Shown here piece by piece: positions 60,671 through 64,000 of a stretch of 64,000 nt of DNA. The stretch is from Eledone cirrhosa (taxonomy: Eukaryota), in NCBI GenBank assembly GCA_964016885.1, contig OZ024757.1, forward strand, positions 36,022,001-36,086,000, written 5' to 3'. Under the pieces are notes generated by a model. That model worked only from the letters and a program-made list of their open reading frames with translations. It had not been told where the DNA came from and searched no databases. Position numbers and translations under genes: made by a program. Positions within the stretch are counted from its first letter, which is position 1, and every line of letters begins with the position of its first letter.

Positions 60671-60984
60671 CATTATTGTGGATTGGCAGTATTGGTAGAG
60701 GGTCGGACGCCATGCTTTGACGCCTAGAGTTACGGCCCTTGCCATTCTGAGTTCAAATCCCGCCGAGGTTAACTTTGCCTTTCATCCTTACGGGGTCCCT
60801 ATCATTCCACTGCAAAGTGGTCGTGGAGGTGCCACGGCAAAAAAGCACCCAGCACTCACTGTAAATGAGGTTGGTGTTAGGAAGGGCATCCAGCTGTAGA
60901 AATCAAGCCAGAATCAGTTCCCGTCCCACCCTTGCAAGCAAGGAAAAAACGGACGTAAAATGATGATGATGATGATGATGATGA

Positions 60985-61030
<46 letters not shown>

Positions 61031-61097
61031 TAAGTATATGTATATATATATATAAGTATATATATATATATATATCTATATATAAGTATATATATAT

Positions 61098-61385
61098 ATC
61101 ATCATCATCATCATTTTACGTCCGCTTTTCCCTGCTTGCAAGGGTGGGACGGGTCTTATTCAGCACAGCATCTCTCCACTCGTCACGGTCCCTCGTCATC
61201 TCCACCGTGAGCTTCAATGATCTGAGGTCTGTTCTCACCACCTCCGCCCATGTTTTTCATGATCTACCTCTACCACGTCTTCCTTCAACTGGCAATTCCT
61301 GGCACTTCTTCACCCATCGGTCATCCTCCATGCGCATCACATGTCCATACCACCTCAGTCTCCTCTCCCGTACACTACATTCTAT
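61098..61385 (-). mobile_element. RTE LINE 3' end
   Basis: Reverse complement of the 23520-23780 tail. Confidence 0.85.
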
Positions 61386-62754
61386 CCCTCTCAGAGACAG
61401 TTTCTCTCTCAACACATCCATGCTTGAATACATGTATATTTAATGGTTGACAAGTTGTTTCAAATACAGCACAGTAAGAAGGCACGTTGATGTTAAAATA
61501 TCGATTATAAAACGATATTAGTACATTATAAATAAATGTGTGGGTCAGTATTCTCATCGGAGCCTTTAAAAAAATTCTTTATAACATTATCCCATAAATC
61601 ACCGAAGTGAAAAACCTACTTTAAATGTGAAATGTTGATGTTAAAAGGTTGAAAGTAATAAACCATATTCTGTTGGTTTGAAGAAGTAAAGAACATTCAA
61701 AGGGAGATCATTCATGAAAATGGGAGATAATTAGGTATTGCTGTTTAGTTAAAAATAAAGTGAGTGATTTTTAAAAAGAGAGAAAAAGAAGATGAATAAA
61801 AAGTTCAGCAGATTTTAGGGATACATTAAAAATAAAGTATAAGTTTAGAGAAGAGGAATAAAAGCTATAACCAGTTAATAGGAAGGTGTAAGACGGTTGA
61901 AACATCAGAACAAAAGTAATAATTATTTCTACTTTAGGCACAAGGCCAGCAATTATCCAGTGCATTACTGGTACTTTATTTCAGAACAAAAGTAATAATT
62001 GTTTCTACTTTAGGCACAAGGCCAGCAATTATCCAGTGCATTACTGGTACTTTATTTTATCGACCCCGATGAAAGGCAAAGTCAACTTCGGCGGGATTTG
62101 AACTCAGATCGTAAAGGGACGTAACTATGCTGGAAAGCATGGCGTCCGACCCTCTACCAATACTGCCAATCCAATAATGATTATTAGAAGGATTTAGGGT
62201 GTATTAAAATCTATTGAAATACTAAAAGATAATTACATTAATTAGGGGATATAAAGTCGAAGGTGTATGTAGGTAATAGAATGTAATGTATTAAGAGGTT
62301 GTATTATAAGGGAAAATTAAAAAATAGTAAATAGATGGATAGTTAAAGTATTATTTTAAAGGGGATACATTGAAAAAAGAAATAAGATCAAAAATAGGTT
62401 TAAGGATTGGAGGTATTACTACAGTATAGGATGGGAAAAGGTATAATTGGGAATGAATGAGGTTTAGAAAGAACTTTGATAGACTATATATATATATTTA
62501 TATCTGTATTTTTAACTGCTGGTCAATGAATGATAAACATGATTGTCAAATAAATTAACTATGAAGATATAAAAGATACAGAAGCGAAAATCAACCCAAA
62601 CCAAACAGTGAGTATGTTCTGTTATTATTTCTGGCAATATTATAACAATATGACTCTCCCCAAGTATAACTATTTGTTTCAACACACGATTTCATATCAA
62701 AAACCTTGCAAAATAAATTCATATGTATACTTATATATATGTATACTTATATAT

Positions 62755-63790
62755 CATCATCCTTTTACATACGCTTTTCCCTGTTTGCAAGGGTAGGATC
62801 GGTCCTACTCAGCACAGCATCTCTCCACTTGTCACGGTCCTTCGTCATTTCCTCTGTGAGCTTCAGCGGTCTGCGTTCTGCTCTCATCATCTCCGCCCAT
62901 GTTTTTCGTGGTCTTCTTCTATTGCATCTTCCTGCTACTGGGATTTCTTTGCACTTCTTTACCCAGCGGTCATCCTCCATGCGCATCACATGTCCATACC
63001 ATCGCAGTCTTCTCTCCCGCACACTACAACTTATCCCTCTTATACCCAGTTTCCCTCTCAACTCATCTATGGTTCGTCGATCACGCACATTGACATTGCA
63101 CATCCAACGAAACAGGCTTGCTTCATTTCTCTCCATATTCATTTCTCTCACATATCGTCTGCAGTTGCTGCTCATGTCTCACTACCATGCAGCATCGCGC
63201 ATCTCACACAGGCATCATATAACCGGCCTTTTGTATGCAGGGAGAAACCCTTCTTTGTCAACAGAGGAAGCAGCTCCCTAAACTTCCAAAGATCCTTATT
63301 CTAGATACTATGACCTCGGAACATCCCCCTCCCATGCTAATCTGGTCACCCAGATACCAGAAGCTTTCAACCACTTCTATAGAACCTACCTGCATTGGAA
63401 AAATGTGTCTATCACTGCAACTTCTACTGTCAAATTTCCCTGTACATCTACTGCATACTTAGTTTTCCCTACCTATAAGTTGGCCTGCTATCCCACTACA
63501 TCTCTTGTGTACCCAAGATCTGCATTGTGTACCTTTTATAGGATTTATGCTAGCTCCTTTTCTACATATCGAACATGGCCATTTCCCTGATGGAATCAGA
63601 GTTTTGTCCTCTTTCCTACTTATCAACACTTTTGTCTTAGCTAGGTTCACTCCAGTCGTATTGATTCCAACTGCTGTTTGCATAACCAGAATTTATTCTC
63701 TAGCTCCTCTTCTGATTCTGCTATAAGAACCAGATCGTCAGCATAGAAAAGTTCCCATAGACAGCCAGTCTTAAAGTCCTCTGTTTTGGT
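62755..63790 (-). mobile_element. RTE LINE fragment
   Basis: ELFYADDLVL (RT catalytic motif), [27 protein letters not shown]. Confidence 0.92.
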
Positions 63791-64000
63791 CTGGAGTATA
63801 GATGTATTATATGTTTGTGTGTGTGAGAGAGGGAGAGAGAGAGAGACATGTTTGATTTGTTTGCTCGTTTTTTTCATTTCTTTATTTGCTTGCCAGACGT
63901 CCCGTAAATAAGATAAACTGAATGTAAGTAAATCAACATTCAGTGTGAATTGTTTATTGCAAAACTGAAATTCCAGAGGAGTGGGTTACGGAATAACTGG

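Overview
AT-rich, microsatellite- and TE-dense eukaryotic DNA; the SINE/RTE repertoire suggests an octopus-like mollusc (inference). The only well-supported gene is homogentisate 1,2-dioxygenase (HGD) on the minus strand. Fourteen coding exons were read by hand (46326 down to 21909, 1299 nt including the stop), all GT-AG and in phase, with a tentative first exon at 58016-58039. The rest is RTE, CR1 and R4-like LINE fragments, two SINE families, DD37D/mariner, hAT and Helitron relics, piggyBac-like MITEs and minisatellites. The most interesting signal is a dispersed family of type I hammerhead-ribozyme motifs (CUGAUGA / stem II / GAAA / NUH / stem I) whose stem III and cleavage triplet are made of (TA)n microsatellite. 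Stem II shows a compensatory change between copies. Several other hammerhead-like variants sit inside long fold-back hairpins, consistent with Penelope-like element termini or retrozyme-like elements. One intact copy lies in sense orientation about 90 nt downstream of an HGD splice donor. All coordinates and pairings were read by eye; nothing was computed or searched.
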